Shown here: one piece after another, positions 39,103 to 47,155 of the stretch
Layout: the number at the start of each line of letters is the position of its first letter
How positions within the stretch are numbered: position 1 is the first letter of the stretch
From: Promethearchaeota archaeon
GTDB taxonomy: Archaea; Asgardarchaeota; Lokiarchaeia; Sigyniarchaeales; SOKP01
Length of the DNA: 47,155 nucleotides
Reading direction: 5' to 3'
NCBI GenBank assembly: GCA_016840085.1
Contig: JAEOTA010000041.1
Span: 1 to 47,155, forward strand
Notes under the pieces: generated by a model
What the model saw: only the letters and a program-made list of their open reading frames with translations
The model's database searches: none
What the model was told of the DNA's origin: nothing
Made by a program: the position numbers and the translations under genes

Positions 39103-40938
39103 ATGGAAGATTACGATTTGTTTGATGAAAATACCCAGGCTATTATTTATGGTTTTCAAGCAAGAGCCATACAAAGAATGTTAGATTTTGATTATGTCTG
39201 CAAAAGAGAAAAACCTTCAGTTGCTGCGGTAATTCGCCCGACTCAAGCTGCTGCTGTTGCGTATCATAAAGTATTTTGGGGATCAAATGAGATTGTTGTA
39301 CCCGTATATAAGACATTGCAATTAGCTATTAGAAACCATTCTAGTGCTGATGTCATGGTAAATTTTGCTTCATTTCGATCTGCATATCCTACAAGTAAAG
39401 AAGCACTTGAATCTGAGACAATTCGGACTGTTGCCATTATTGCAGAAGGTTTACCAGAAAGACAAACTAGGCATTTGATCAAAATTGCTAATGAAAGAAA
39501 TAAAGTAATTATTGGTCCTGCAACAGTAGGCGGAATTAAAGCTGGTACTTTTAAGATCGGAAACACTGCTGGAACTATTGAAAATATCGAGTTATCTAAA
39601 CTTTATAGACCCGGTTCGGTAGGATTTGTATCTAAATCTGGTGGTTTATCAAATGAAATGAACTTCATGATTTCTCAAACAACAGATGGAATTTATGAAG
39701 GAATAGCTATTGGGGGAGATAGATATCCAGGATCTCAATTAATTGACCATATATTACGTTATGAAGCTAATCCCAATATTAAAATGCTAGTTGCATTAGG
39801 AGAAATTGGGGGAAAAGATGAATATGCGATTATAGATGCTATTAAAGCCGGAACTATTACTAAACCATTAGTAATTTGGGTTGCTGGAACGGGAGCACGG
39901 ATTCTTCCAGCAGGACTACAATTTGGACACGCAGGAGCTATGGCAGGAAGTGATATGGAAACTGCAGAAGCAAAAAATAAAGCTCTTAGGGAAGCTGGAG
40001 CAATTGTTCCCGAATCTTATGAAAACTTAGATAAAATGATTAGGCAAACATTTGAAAATTTAGTAAAAGAAGGGAAAGTTAAGCCAGCTGAAGATTTTGA
40101 ACCACCAAAAGTACCATTAGATTTTAATGATGCTACAAGATTAGGTGTAGTGAGACGACCTACTGATGTTATTGTATCAATAAGTGATGATAGGGGAGAA
40201 ATTGTTACATTTAATCAGGTTCCCTTGGACATTATTATAAAAGAGAACAAATCGATAGGCTACGTAATAGGTTTGCTCTGGTTTAAACGCGAATTACCAG
40301 ATTTTGCACAACAATATATAGAAATGGTAATTAAACTAACTGCTGATCACGGTCCAGCTGTTTCAGGAGCTCATAATGCGATAATTACTGCTCGAGCAGG
40401 GAAAGATTTAATGTCTGCTTTAGCGAGTGGAATCCTTACAATTGGTCCTCGCTTTGGGGGAGCGGTGTCTGATGCCGCTAAATATTTTAGAGAGGCAATG
40501 CACAAGGAAATGACACCGGTAGAGTTCATGAATTACATGAAAGAAGTTGTGCAAATAAATATCCCGGGAATAGGCCACAGAGTAAAATCAGTTCAAAATC
40601 CTGACATGCGTGTGGTATTGTTAAAAGAATTCATATTCAAGAATTTTCCAAAACATCCTCATTTAGATTATGCTTTAGAAGTGGAAAGTGTTACAACCTC
40701 AAAAAGAAATAACTTAATATTAAACGTTGACGGTTGTATTGGGATTACCTTTTTAGATTTATTAGAAAATTTAGATTACACCAAAGAAGAAATTGAGGAT
40801 GTAATTTACAGTGAAACTTTAAACGGATTATTCGTCTTAGGAAGATCTATTGGGATGATGGGTCATATCTTCGATCAGAAGCGTCAAAGAGCTGGATTGT
40901 TTCGACAACCTTATGATGAAATTTTGTTTACTGAATAA
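39103..40938 (+). CDS. aclA: ATP-citrate lyase, CoA-binding/citryl-CoA lyase subunit
   Basis: MLDFDY.C.R..PSV, NFASFRS, IGPATVGG, QFGHAGA phospho-His, ADHGPAVSGAHN, GIGHRVKS, NVDG. Confidence 0.93.
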   Translation: MEDYDLFDENTQAIIYGFQARAIQRMLDFDYVCKREKPSVAAVIRPTQAAAVAYHKVFWGSNEIVVPVYKTLQLAIRNHSSADVMVNFASFRSAYPTSKEALESETIRTVAIIAEGLPERQTRHLIKIANERNKVIIGPATVGGIKAGTFKIGNTAGTIENIELSKLYRPGSVGFVSKSGGLSNEMNFMISQTTDGIYEGIAIGGDRYPGSQLIDHILRYEANPNIKMLVALGEIGGKDEYAIIDAIKAGTITKPLVIWVAGTGARILPAGLQFGHAGAMAGSDMETAEAKNKALREAGAIVPESYENLDKMIRQTFENLVKEGKVKPAEDFEPPKVPLDFNDATRLGVVRRPTDVIVSISDDRGEIVTFNQVPLDIIIKENKSIGYVIGLLWFKRELPDFAQQYIEMVIKLTADHGPAVSGAHNAIITARAGKDLMSALASGILTIGPRFGGAVSDAAKYFREAMHKEMTPVEFMNYMKEVVQINIPGIGHRVKSVQNPDMRVVLLKEFIFKNFPKHPHLDYALEVESVTTSKRNNLILNVDGCIGITFLDLLENLDYTKEEIEDVIYSETLNGLFVLGRSIGMMGHIFDQKRQRAGLFRQPYDEILFTE

Positions 40939-41019
40939 TTTTATTAAAATTTAATAAAAAAAGCTTTTTACAAATAAAAATCAAAAATAAACATTTAAAA
41001 AAAATTGGAGGAAATTTAA

Positions 41020-42213
41020 ATGAACGAAATTGTTGAGAATGCAAAGGAACACTTTGCCAAACTTGTAGAAGAACAGCTTGAAAGAGTTGAACGCATGAAA
41101 AAAGCTGCTGATTGGACAGACTATTCCAAACTAAAACCTATTATTATTGGACTCATCGGTGGGGATGGAATCGGACCATACATCACAAAACATGCACAAT
41201 TAATATTAAAGTTTTTACTAAAGGATGAAGTAAATAGGGGAGCTATAGAATTAAGAGTTATTGAGGGATTAACTATTGAAAACAGAGCAAAGGTAATGAA
41301 AGCCATTCCTGATGATGTTTTAGAAGAAATTAAGAAGTGTCATGTTCTGCTAAAAGGACCTACAACAACACCACGTAAAGGAGATAAATGGCCTAATATC
41401 GAAAGCGCTAATGTTACAATGAGACGAGAATTAGATTTATTCGCGAATGTTAGACCAGTAAAAGTTCCGGAATTAGGAATAGATTGGATGTTCTTCAGAG
41501 AAAATACTGAAGGTGCTTACGTACTTGGCTCAAAAGGGATTAATATTACTGACGATTTATCCATAGATTTCAAAGTAATAACAAAACAAGGCTCAGATCG
41601 AATTATACGTCTCGCTTTTGAATATGCGGCTAAGAATAATATCAATCGTGTTTCAGTAGTAACTAAAGCAAACGTGGTAAAAGCTACTGATGGTAGATTT
41701 CTTGCCATGGCTGAAGAAATTGCAAAGGAATACCCACAAGTAAAATGGGATGATTGGTATATAGATATTGCAACAGCAAAACTCGTTGACCCTGCGCGTC
41801 AAAGTGATTTTAAAGTGTTTGTCGCACCTAACCTTTATGGAGATATAATAACAGATGAAGCCGCTCAAATACAAGGTGGAGTTGGAACTGCTGGTAGTGC
41901 TAATATAGGTAAAGAATATTCAATGTTTGAAGCAATTCATGGTTCAGCTCCTAGAATGGTTGAAGAAGGACGAGCAAAATATGCTGATCCCTCGAGTATC
42001 ATAAAAGCTGCCGCATTACTTTTAAACCACATAGGATTTGTAGATAAAGCGAAAAAACTTGAAATGGCTCTTGATATATGTGCCACCTATGAAAAGAAAT
42101 TGGTTATAACTGGAAGAGATACTGGTGCTAAGGGAGAAGAGTATGCAAAATATATTATGGAAACAATTCAAGATCCTAATCTTGAAGATAAGTGGAATAG
42201 CTATCAAAAATAA
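41020..42213 (+). CDS. icd: Isocitrate/isopropylmalate dehydrogenase family, probable isocitrate dehydrogenase
   Basis: GDGIGP, KGPTTTP, ESANVTMRR (S-x-N is typical of IDH/HICDH rather than IPMDH), RENTEG, NLYGDI, EAIHGSAP. Confidence 0.75.
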   Translation: MNEIVENAKEHFAKLVEEQLERVERMKKAADWTDYSKLKPIIIGLIGGDGIGPYITKHAQLILKFLLKDEVNRGAIELRVIEGLTIENRAKVMKAIPDDVLEEIKKCHVLLKGPTTTPRKGDKWPNIESANVTMRRELDLFANVRPVKVPELGIDWMFFRENTEGAYVLGSKGINITDDLSIDFKVITKQGSDRIIRLAFEYAAKNNINRVSVVTKANVVKATDGRFLAMAEEIAKEYPQVKWDDWYIDIATAKLVDPARQSDFKVFVAPNLYGDIITDEAAQIQGGVGTAGSANIGKEYSMFEAIHGSAPRMVEEGRAKYADPSSIIKAAALLLNHIGFVDKAKKLEMALDICATYEKKLVITGRDTGAKGEEYAKYIMETIQDPNLEDKWNSYQK

Positions 42214-42301
42214 AAATTAGGGTTCAATTAATTTAATTTTAAAATTCAAATATTTTTTTATGGTTATAATTCTAAAAAATTCTTTAGTATTAAATTAATT
42301 A

Positions 42302-43057
42302 TTAATCCAACTTTAATTTCAAATAACAGACTAATCCTCCAAATTGGTCTACGATAGCACCCGCCTCGGATTCTTGACTAACGATTTTAGTTTTAATCTC
42401 AAGATTTTTTGCGATTTGTAAAATTCGATGTGTTTTATTTCTATTTTTTGGATTTTTTTGATAATCTTCAGTTAGAATAATATAATTTGGCTTTGGTAAA
42501 TTAGGATTTTTTTTAATGAGTCTTAGTTCATAATCGATTTCTCTCCACGTATAAAGAATTTTTGAGTACTTTTCATTTTTGTTAATTATTTCCATCAATT
42601 CTTCCAATATCAACAAACCTTCTTTATTTGAAGTTTCATCAACTATGTCTTTAAAATATTCTTGTGTTTTTAGGTAATAGACATCCTTTTGAGTCTTTGC
42701 CTGATTGCCTATGATCTTAGAAAAAACAACCTGTTTATCTCCTTTTTTTAATAACCATGAATGATGTTTATTAACGTGATTAAGAAACTCATCTGAATAT
42801 TCTTCTTTCGGTGGGGAAAGCAGTATTACACTTCTGATACCTTCTTTAATTATAGGTCTTAATGAATTGATGATTTCCTCATGAAAATGATATAATTGCT
42901 TTTTATTTTGATTTCTTCTCTTCCTTCCACGATTTATTTTGAAGTGTAGTCTAATGGTCTCACTAAATATTCTCCAAAATACAGCATCATTATTATGCAG
43001 CCCAATAAGAATTGCTATTGGATGACCACGTTTTATACGTTTTTTTCTTTTAGCCAT
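42302..43057 (-). CDS. Pelota/aRF1-like protein, domains 2-3 only
   Basis: C-terminus KIVSQESEAGAIVDQFGGLVCYLK resembles the eRF1_3 end; AILIGL...AVFW and VILLSPP resemble eRF1_2 strands; no GGQ or NIKS. Confidence 0.6.
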   Translation of the reverse strand: MAKRKKRIKRGHPIAILIGLHNNDAVFWRIFSETIRLHFKINRGRKRRNQNKKQLYHFHEEIINSLRPIIKEGIRSVILLSPPKEEYSDEFLNHVNKHHSWLLKKGDKQVVFSKIIGNQAKTQKDVYYLKTQEYFKDIVDETSNKEGLLILEELMEIINKNEKYSKILYTWREIDYELRLIKKNPNLPKPNYIILTEDYQKNPKNRNKTHRILQIAKNLEIKTKIVSQESEAGAIVDQFGGLVCYLKLKLD

Positions 43058-43215
43058 GATAAAATAGAAAAATTAAAAAGATAAAATGAAATTTAAATAC
43101 GTTTCAATTAATGATGGAAGAGATTATAATTATGGGAATTTTTCAAGATTTGCATTCCATGGGGCTTCATTTTGATGGATTCGGGATGGAACTGAATACG
43201 CCTATTATAAATTTA

Positions 43216-43623
43216 CTAGTATTTTATGATATTTATACCTTCAATTCTTTCAAAATGGTTTATATTTCTGGTGATTATTTTCTTAATCCCATTTGTTAAC
43301 ATGATACCCGCAATAAGAATGTCATTATCATCAATTCTTTCACCTTGAGATTCTAGCAAATCATAAATCTTGGCGGCCCTTTCAGCTTCCTTATATCCTA
43401 AAGGAAAGATTTCCATATTATTTATAAATTCTAGCCAAGGTTTGTAAAGTTGCTTATATCTTTTCTCAGAAATTTTACGTCTGGTCCTTTCAAACCCCAT
43501 ATTCATTTCATAGATAGTTATAGAAGTAATGTGGATCAGATCTTCTTGATCTTCAATTGCATTTTTGAGTTCTTTATTTCCATTTAAATAATCGACGCAT
43601 GCAGAAGTATCTAGAAGAATCAT
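43216..43623 (-). CDS. vapC: VapC-type PIN ribonuclease toxin
   Basis: LLDTS, TIYE, NDILIAG, ITRN..HF acidic PIN pattern. Confidence 0.9.
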   Translation of the reverse strand: MILLDTSACVDYLNGNKELKNAIEDQEDLIHITSITIYEMNMGFERTRRKISEKRYKQLYKPWLEFINNMEIFPLGYKEAERAAKIYDLLESQGERIDDNDILIAGIMLTNGIKKIITRNINHFERIEGINIIKY

Positions 43624-43655
43624 TTGAAATCCTCTAAATTTGATTTATTCCAATT

Positions 43656-43859
43656 TCATCCATTACGAGTTGATATTCCTACCCAAATCTCTTTCTCTTC
43701 CTCCTCTGAAAGGTCCCATGCTCCAAAAGATTTTTCAAGTGTATTTTTCTGTATTTTTAAGAGCCTTAAGAATAGCTCTGAAAAACTTTCATTGTTGCGT
43801 TTAATTTTAAGTAGTTTATTATAAACATCCTCAGTAATACTAATATTTTTAGAAGTCAT
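43656..43859 (-). CDS. vapB: VapB-type antitoxin (DUF217-like), possibly truncated by a premature TGA
   Basis: MTSKNISITEDVY..L...K...ESFSE...RLL, FGAW; start set at MTS (43859); the frame continues past TGA to an ATGA overlap with vapC. Confidence 0.8.
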   Translation of the reverse strand: MTSKNISITEDVYNKLLKIKRNNESFSELFLRLLKIQKNTLEKSFGAWDLSEEEEKEIWVGISTRNG

Positions 43860-43860
43860 A

Positions 43861-43885
43861 TGTATACACATATACATACACATAT
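43861..43885 (-). promoter_or_regulatory. Putative autoregulatory operator of vapBC
   Basis: Palindrome TGTATACA (43861-43868) and direct repeat ATACACATAT x2, directly before the vapB ATG. Confidence 0.5.
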
Positions 43886-44118
43886 TTATAACTATCTTTG
43901 ATTTTAAGTATAAACCAAATTTAAAATATTAAAACTCATACTTTTAATTTTTCTCGTTCTCGTTTCCGTTTCCGTTTACAAAAATTTTGATCATAATTGA
44001 ATATATTATAATAAAGTAGTTATAAATCTTATATAACAATTTAAAAATATCTATTTGTTCTTGCAAGGTAAAATAAAATAAAAAAATTATTAGCTCTCCA
44101 TTGTTTCAACTGCTTTTG

Positions 44119-44640
44119 CTATTTCTTTTTCTTCATTTTTCTTATCTTTCTCTTTGTGAGAATTTCTCGATATTTTTCTGATTTGGTTTTGTATATTATT
44201 ATAAAATATGTTCCAAGTAATCTAAATGCGATTCCCATAGCGAATGTAAGCGCAACCATAGTTAAAGTACCACTATAAATCACAGATTGTAGAAATGGAG
44301 CAGAAGCAGCCGCCATTATCCCTCCCATAAAAAACATTGCTATGTTTATTTTGTAAGATTTTCGCAGATCCTTTTCAGTAACTAGTTGTTCCTCTCCTGA
44401 AACAGTTGCTTCTTGAGGAGGTTTCTTAATGTAAGCCCCAGATTTGTATTTTCTATACACTTTAAGGAGAATTATTATACCTAGTATCATAAAAAATATC
44501 CCAATTGAGTAAAAATAGACTGGCATTCCTGGAGTAAGGAAGGTAACTACAAGAACCTCAATAACAATCAAGAGCATTAAGAAGATACCAATAGCTATAG
44601 TTCCTTTAGGAATTTTTTGATTCGTGCCCATATTAATCAA
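44119..44640 (-). CDS. Hypothetical 4-TM membrane protein
   Basis: Four hydrophobic segments and a basic C-tail; start may be the internal ATG (MGTNQ). Confidence 0.75.
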   Translation of the reverse strand: MINMGTNQKIPKGTIAIGIFLMLLIVIEVLVVTFLTPGMPVYFYSIGIFFMILGIIILLKVYRKYKSGAYIKKPPQEATVSGEEQLVTEKDLRKSYKINIAMFFMGGIMAAASAPFLQSVIYSGTLTMVALTFAMGIAFRLLGTYFIIIYKTKSEKYREILTKRKIRKMKKKK

Positions 44641-44830
44641 TCACTCTATTCAATTTTAAAATTAAAATTAAGATTGTTGAATATTATATTCTGATATCTA
44701 TAAATTTTGATGAGTAAGTCTTATTTTTCGACGCTATAGTCGAAAGAGGTTAAAAACAATGTTTTTTCACGAGACTTAAAAGATAATAGAGACTTCTCTG
44801 ACTTACTAATAGTAATACTATCCAAGATAA

Positions 44831-45010
44831 GATAATGCTAAATATGCTGATGTTTTTGTAATAAATAAAATGAATAGTGTGAAACCAGAAGATGTGAAAA
44901 TAATCGAGAAAAATCTGGAGGAATTAAATCCAAGTGTGATTAAATTATTTACAAATTCAGTTGCTATGGCAGAAGATCTATTAAAATTGAAAGGGAAAAA
45001 AGTATTCGGA
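44831..45010 (+). pseudogene. Internal fragment resembling a COG2403 predicted GTPase / cyclic 2,3-DPG synthetase-like protein
   Basis: Frame extended upstream of the ATG reads NAKYADVFVINKMNSVKPEDVKIIEKNLEELNPS...KGKKV, like ADV.VINK.D.....NP...KGKRV; in-frame TAA at 44828 and no N-terminus. Confidence 0.5.
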
Positions 45011-45106
45011 GGGAGGACAATGTCTTTGTTCGATTATAGTAATAAATTTCTTATCATCTTGTTTAGATGCTTGTTTAGGTGAATGAATGAGCATTGGAAA
45101 GCTAAA

Positions 45107-45137
45107 TGTTTATATACAAATTAAGATATTGTATACA
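45107..45137 (+). promoter_or_regulatory. TATA box and palindromic operator of the second PIN module
   Basis: TTTATATA 45109-45116 inside near-palindrome TGTTTATATACA; TGTATACA 45130-45137 overlaps the ATG. Confidence 0.5.
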
Positions 45138-45445
45138 TGATTATGAAGACATTATCAGTTCGCATTGAAGAGAAAGAAGACCAAGAGCTCGATTCTATAG
45201 CAAAAAAAATGAAAACAGATAAATCTAACGTAGCCCGTAAAGCTATTGAATTAGGAATCAGAGAATTGAAGAGAAAGGAAGCATTAGAAAAAGTGAGAAT
45301 TAAAGAATGGACAGTTTGGAAAGCTGCTGAATATTGCGATGAATCATATCGATCATTTTTACGTATACTACGTGATGAAAACGTGCCTTTTCCGCTTTCG
45401 ACTCAGGAGTTAGAGCGTGAAATCAATGAGAATAGCAGTAAGTAA
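45137..45445 (+). CDS. Putative antitoxin, RHH plus UPF0175-like domain
   Basis: KTLSVRI beta-ribbon, KSNVARKAI, TVWKAAE...SY..F...L; overlaps the PIN gene. Confidence 0.75.
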   Translation: MIMKTLSVRIEEKEDQELDSIAKKMKTDKSNVARKAIELGIRELKRKEALEKVRIKEWTVWKAAEYCDESYRSFLRILRDENVPFPLSTQELEREINENSSK

Positions 45446-45950
45446 TTCTGGTCCATTAATACATCTTTCGCTAGTAGGATTGCTTGATTTACTTTTTAAG
45501 CTTTATGATGTAATCCTTATTCCACAATCAGTTTATGATGAGATAGTTGTAAAAGGTAAAGAACAAGGATATTCGGACGCTGTTATTCTTGAGCGTGCCA
45601 TTATTAACGAAAAAATTAAAGTGAAAAAAGTAAAAAAAGAAAATTATAATATATCATCATCAAAATTGCATATTGGAGAGATTAACGCGATAATACTTGC
45701 CCTTCAGTTAAAAATAGAAATTATATTAATAGATGATGAAGAAGCTCGGATGTTTGCTCGAAATCTAGGGATAAAGGTTATTGGAACGTTAGGAATCCTT
45801 ATTGAGTTATTTAAACATGGTTTATTAGTTTTGAATAAAGCAATTCAATATCTCAGAAAACTTAATGAAATTATGTATTTATCTTCAGATGTTTACAGTT
45901 TTGTAGCAAATAAGCTTAATGAAATAGCAAGAACAAAGAAAATGGATTAA
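45426..45950 (+). CDS. PIN-domain protein, DUF3368 family
   Basis: VSNSGPLI.L, IPQSVYDE, LH.GE..AI.LA, LIDDEEAR, VIGTLGIL; probable start MRIAVS (ORF track begins 45417). Confidence 0.85.
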   Translation: MRIAVSNSGPLIHLSLVGLLDLLFKLYDVILIPQSVYDEIVVKGKEQGYSDAVILERAIINEKIKVKKVKKENYNISSSKLHIGEINAIILALQLKIEIILIDDEEARMFARNLGIKVIGTLGILIELFKHGLLVLNKAIQYLRKLNEIMYLSSDVYSFVANKLNEIARTKKMD

Positions 45951-46878
45951 AAAACCGATATATAAGATATAGCGAGTATAATCTTATTTCTACTTTTTAT
46001 ACTATTTCTCTAATTATTATAAATTAGTTTATCTTACCATATGAGTGGGTTGCCATTCCCATATTATTATCAAAAACTATTATTACAAATCACAAATTAA
46101 CTATTATAATAATGTAAAGAACACTATTCGAAAGGTTTGTATCTATGAAAAAAAAGAAAGTAATTATAATTGGGGTCTTACATTTAGAAGTTCTCTTCTT
46201 AAAAATAATTGTACGGCTTACCAAATTCGCCAAAAACTGCAATTTTCATAATTCCATCTACATTTTTTAATTTTTTTTCAAATTAATATTAAATTTTAAT
46301 CATTAAAGACACTTAAGACAAGATTTTCATGCCATCTATTAGAAAATAACTTAGGATTTTAAAAGTCAAACTACAGAATCTTGGGAATCTTTTCTTTTAA
46401 TCCTTATTCCAGACTATAAATCCAAATAAATTTATAGATCTTTTATTCAGAAATGCGGATTTTAGGAGATTAAACTTAAAAAAATTTCAGTTTTTAATTT
46501 TAAAAAAAAAGAAATAATAAGTCTGCTGAGTTTTAAGAATTTAGAATTATTTAAAGATAAATATAAATATCATTATTACTTATTTTAATACAGACACAAA
46601 AAAAATTTGAGACCATTAAAATCTTAAAGTTTTAGATTTGTTTTTTAACCATATCTCATGTATCATTGTCGTTCTTAATGATTTCGACAATAGGAGTGAC
46701 AAATATCTTATAGCTTTTTTAACAGTGATTCCTTAAAATTGAAGATATTATGAGATTAGAAAAGGGATAATCACTCAAAACAACAATAAACTATCAGGGG
46801 AATAGAGCGATTTTTCTAAAAATTAACCCCTCATTTCTCTATTCACCTAACATAAAATTGAAAAAAGGTTTAAAATAA

Positions 46879-47155
46879 ATGACAATATATACAGAAAGTA
46901 AATCTAATATTTTGAGAAATTATCCTTTCTCATTATTAGATATAGACGGTTTATCGGAAATGTGGAAGATAATATATAATCCTTACATAGATTTAATCGA
47001 GAGTAAAATTATTATGTCAAAAAACGATTCTATTAGTACATTTAGAAATCATAATTTTGCTTTTAATAATGCATTACAGCAAAGAATTGCTGATTTAATT
47101 ATTAGTGAACTTGAAGAACAGATTTCTAATCCAGTTTCTAAGAGTTCAAGAAATA
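46879..47155 (+). CDS. 5' part of a hypothetical protein running off the window (MTIYTESKSNILRNYPFSLLDIDGLSEMWKIIYNPY...)
   Basis: 92 codons open to the right edge; no family recognised. Confidence 0.6.
   Translation, partial: MTIYTESKSNILRNYPFSLLDIDGLSEMWKIIYNPYIDLIESKIIMSKNDSISTFRNHNFAFNNALQQRIADLIISELEEQISNPVSKSSRN

Noticed and set aside
37792-40938. ACL as proof of reverse-TCA autotrophy
   Set aside because: Other required enzymes are not in the window and the surrounding genes are heterotrophic
590-43824. Short overlapping or antisense ORFs in the track (e.g. 590-904, 6210-6476, 9503-9817, 32147-32527, 39264-39566, 43111-43299, 43624-43824)
   Set aside because: They shadow well-supported genes and have no motifs
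43860-43883. N-terminal MCMYMCIH extension of VapB
   Set aside because: It is a translation of the TATACA repeat; the family-like start is MTSKNISI
46045-46251. 68-aa GTG ORF
   Set aside because: N/Y/K-biased composition typical of non-coding AT-rich DNA; no motif
45951-46878. Long gap as replication origin or CRISPR leader
   Set aside because: No ORB-like repeats, no cdc6/orc1 gene and no repeat-spacer array seen

Overview
AT-rich archaeal chromosomal segment, most consistent with an Asgard archaeon of the Lokiarchaeia type. This is an inference from TATA-like promoters close to start codons, HEPN-MNT and PIN modules, a W/Mo aldehyde:ferredoxin oxidoreductase, a thiolase-DUF35 pair, a Pelota/aRF1-like protein, two-subunit ATP-citrate lyase and a box C/D RNA. 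It holds about 42 CDS. Main content: (1) a 13-kb deoxy-sugar locus with GH29 fucosidase, FucI, RhaB-type kinase, class II aldolase, AOR, GH78 rhamnosidase, a GPH transporter and an esterase, which reads as a phosphorylative L-fucose pathway possibly ending in ferredoxin-linked lactaldehyde oxidation; (2) TCA-related genes (aconitase, fumC, sucCD-like, aclBA-icd); (3) a sucC split by an in-frame TGA, upstream of a Cys-less thiolase/DUF35/SCP2 cluster; (4) three toxin-antitoxin modules; (5) an intergenic box C/D guide RNA closed by a perfect 14-bp stem (3565-3653) that the ORF track cannot show. I found no tRNA, rRNA, CRISPR array or transposase by eye. All calls rest on motif recognition; no database search was run.
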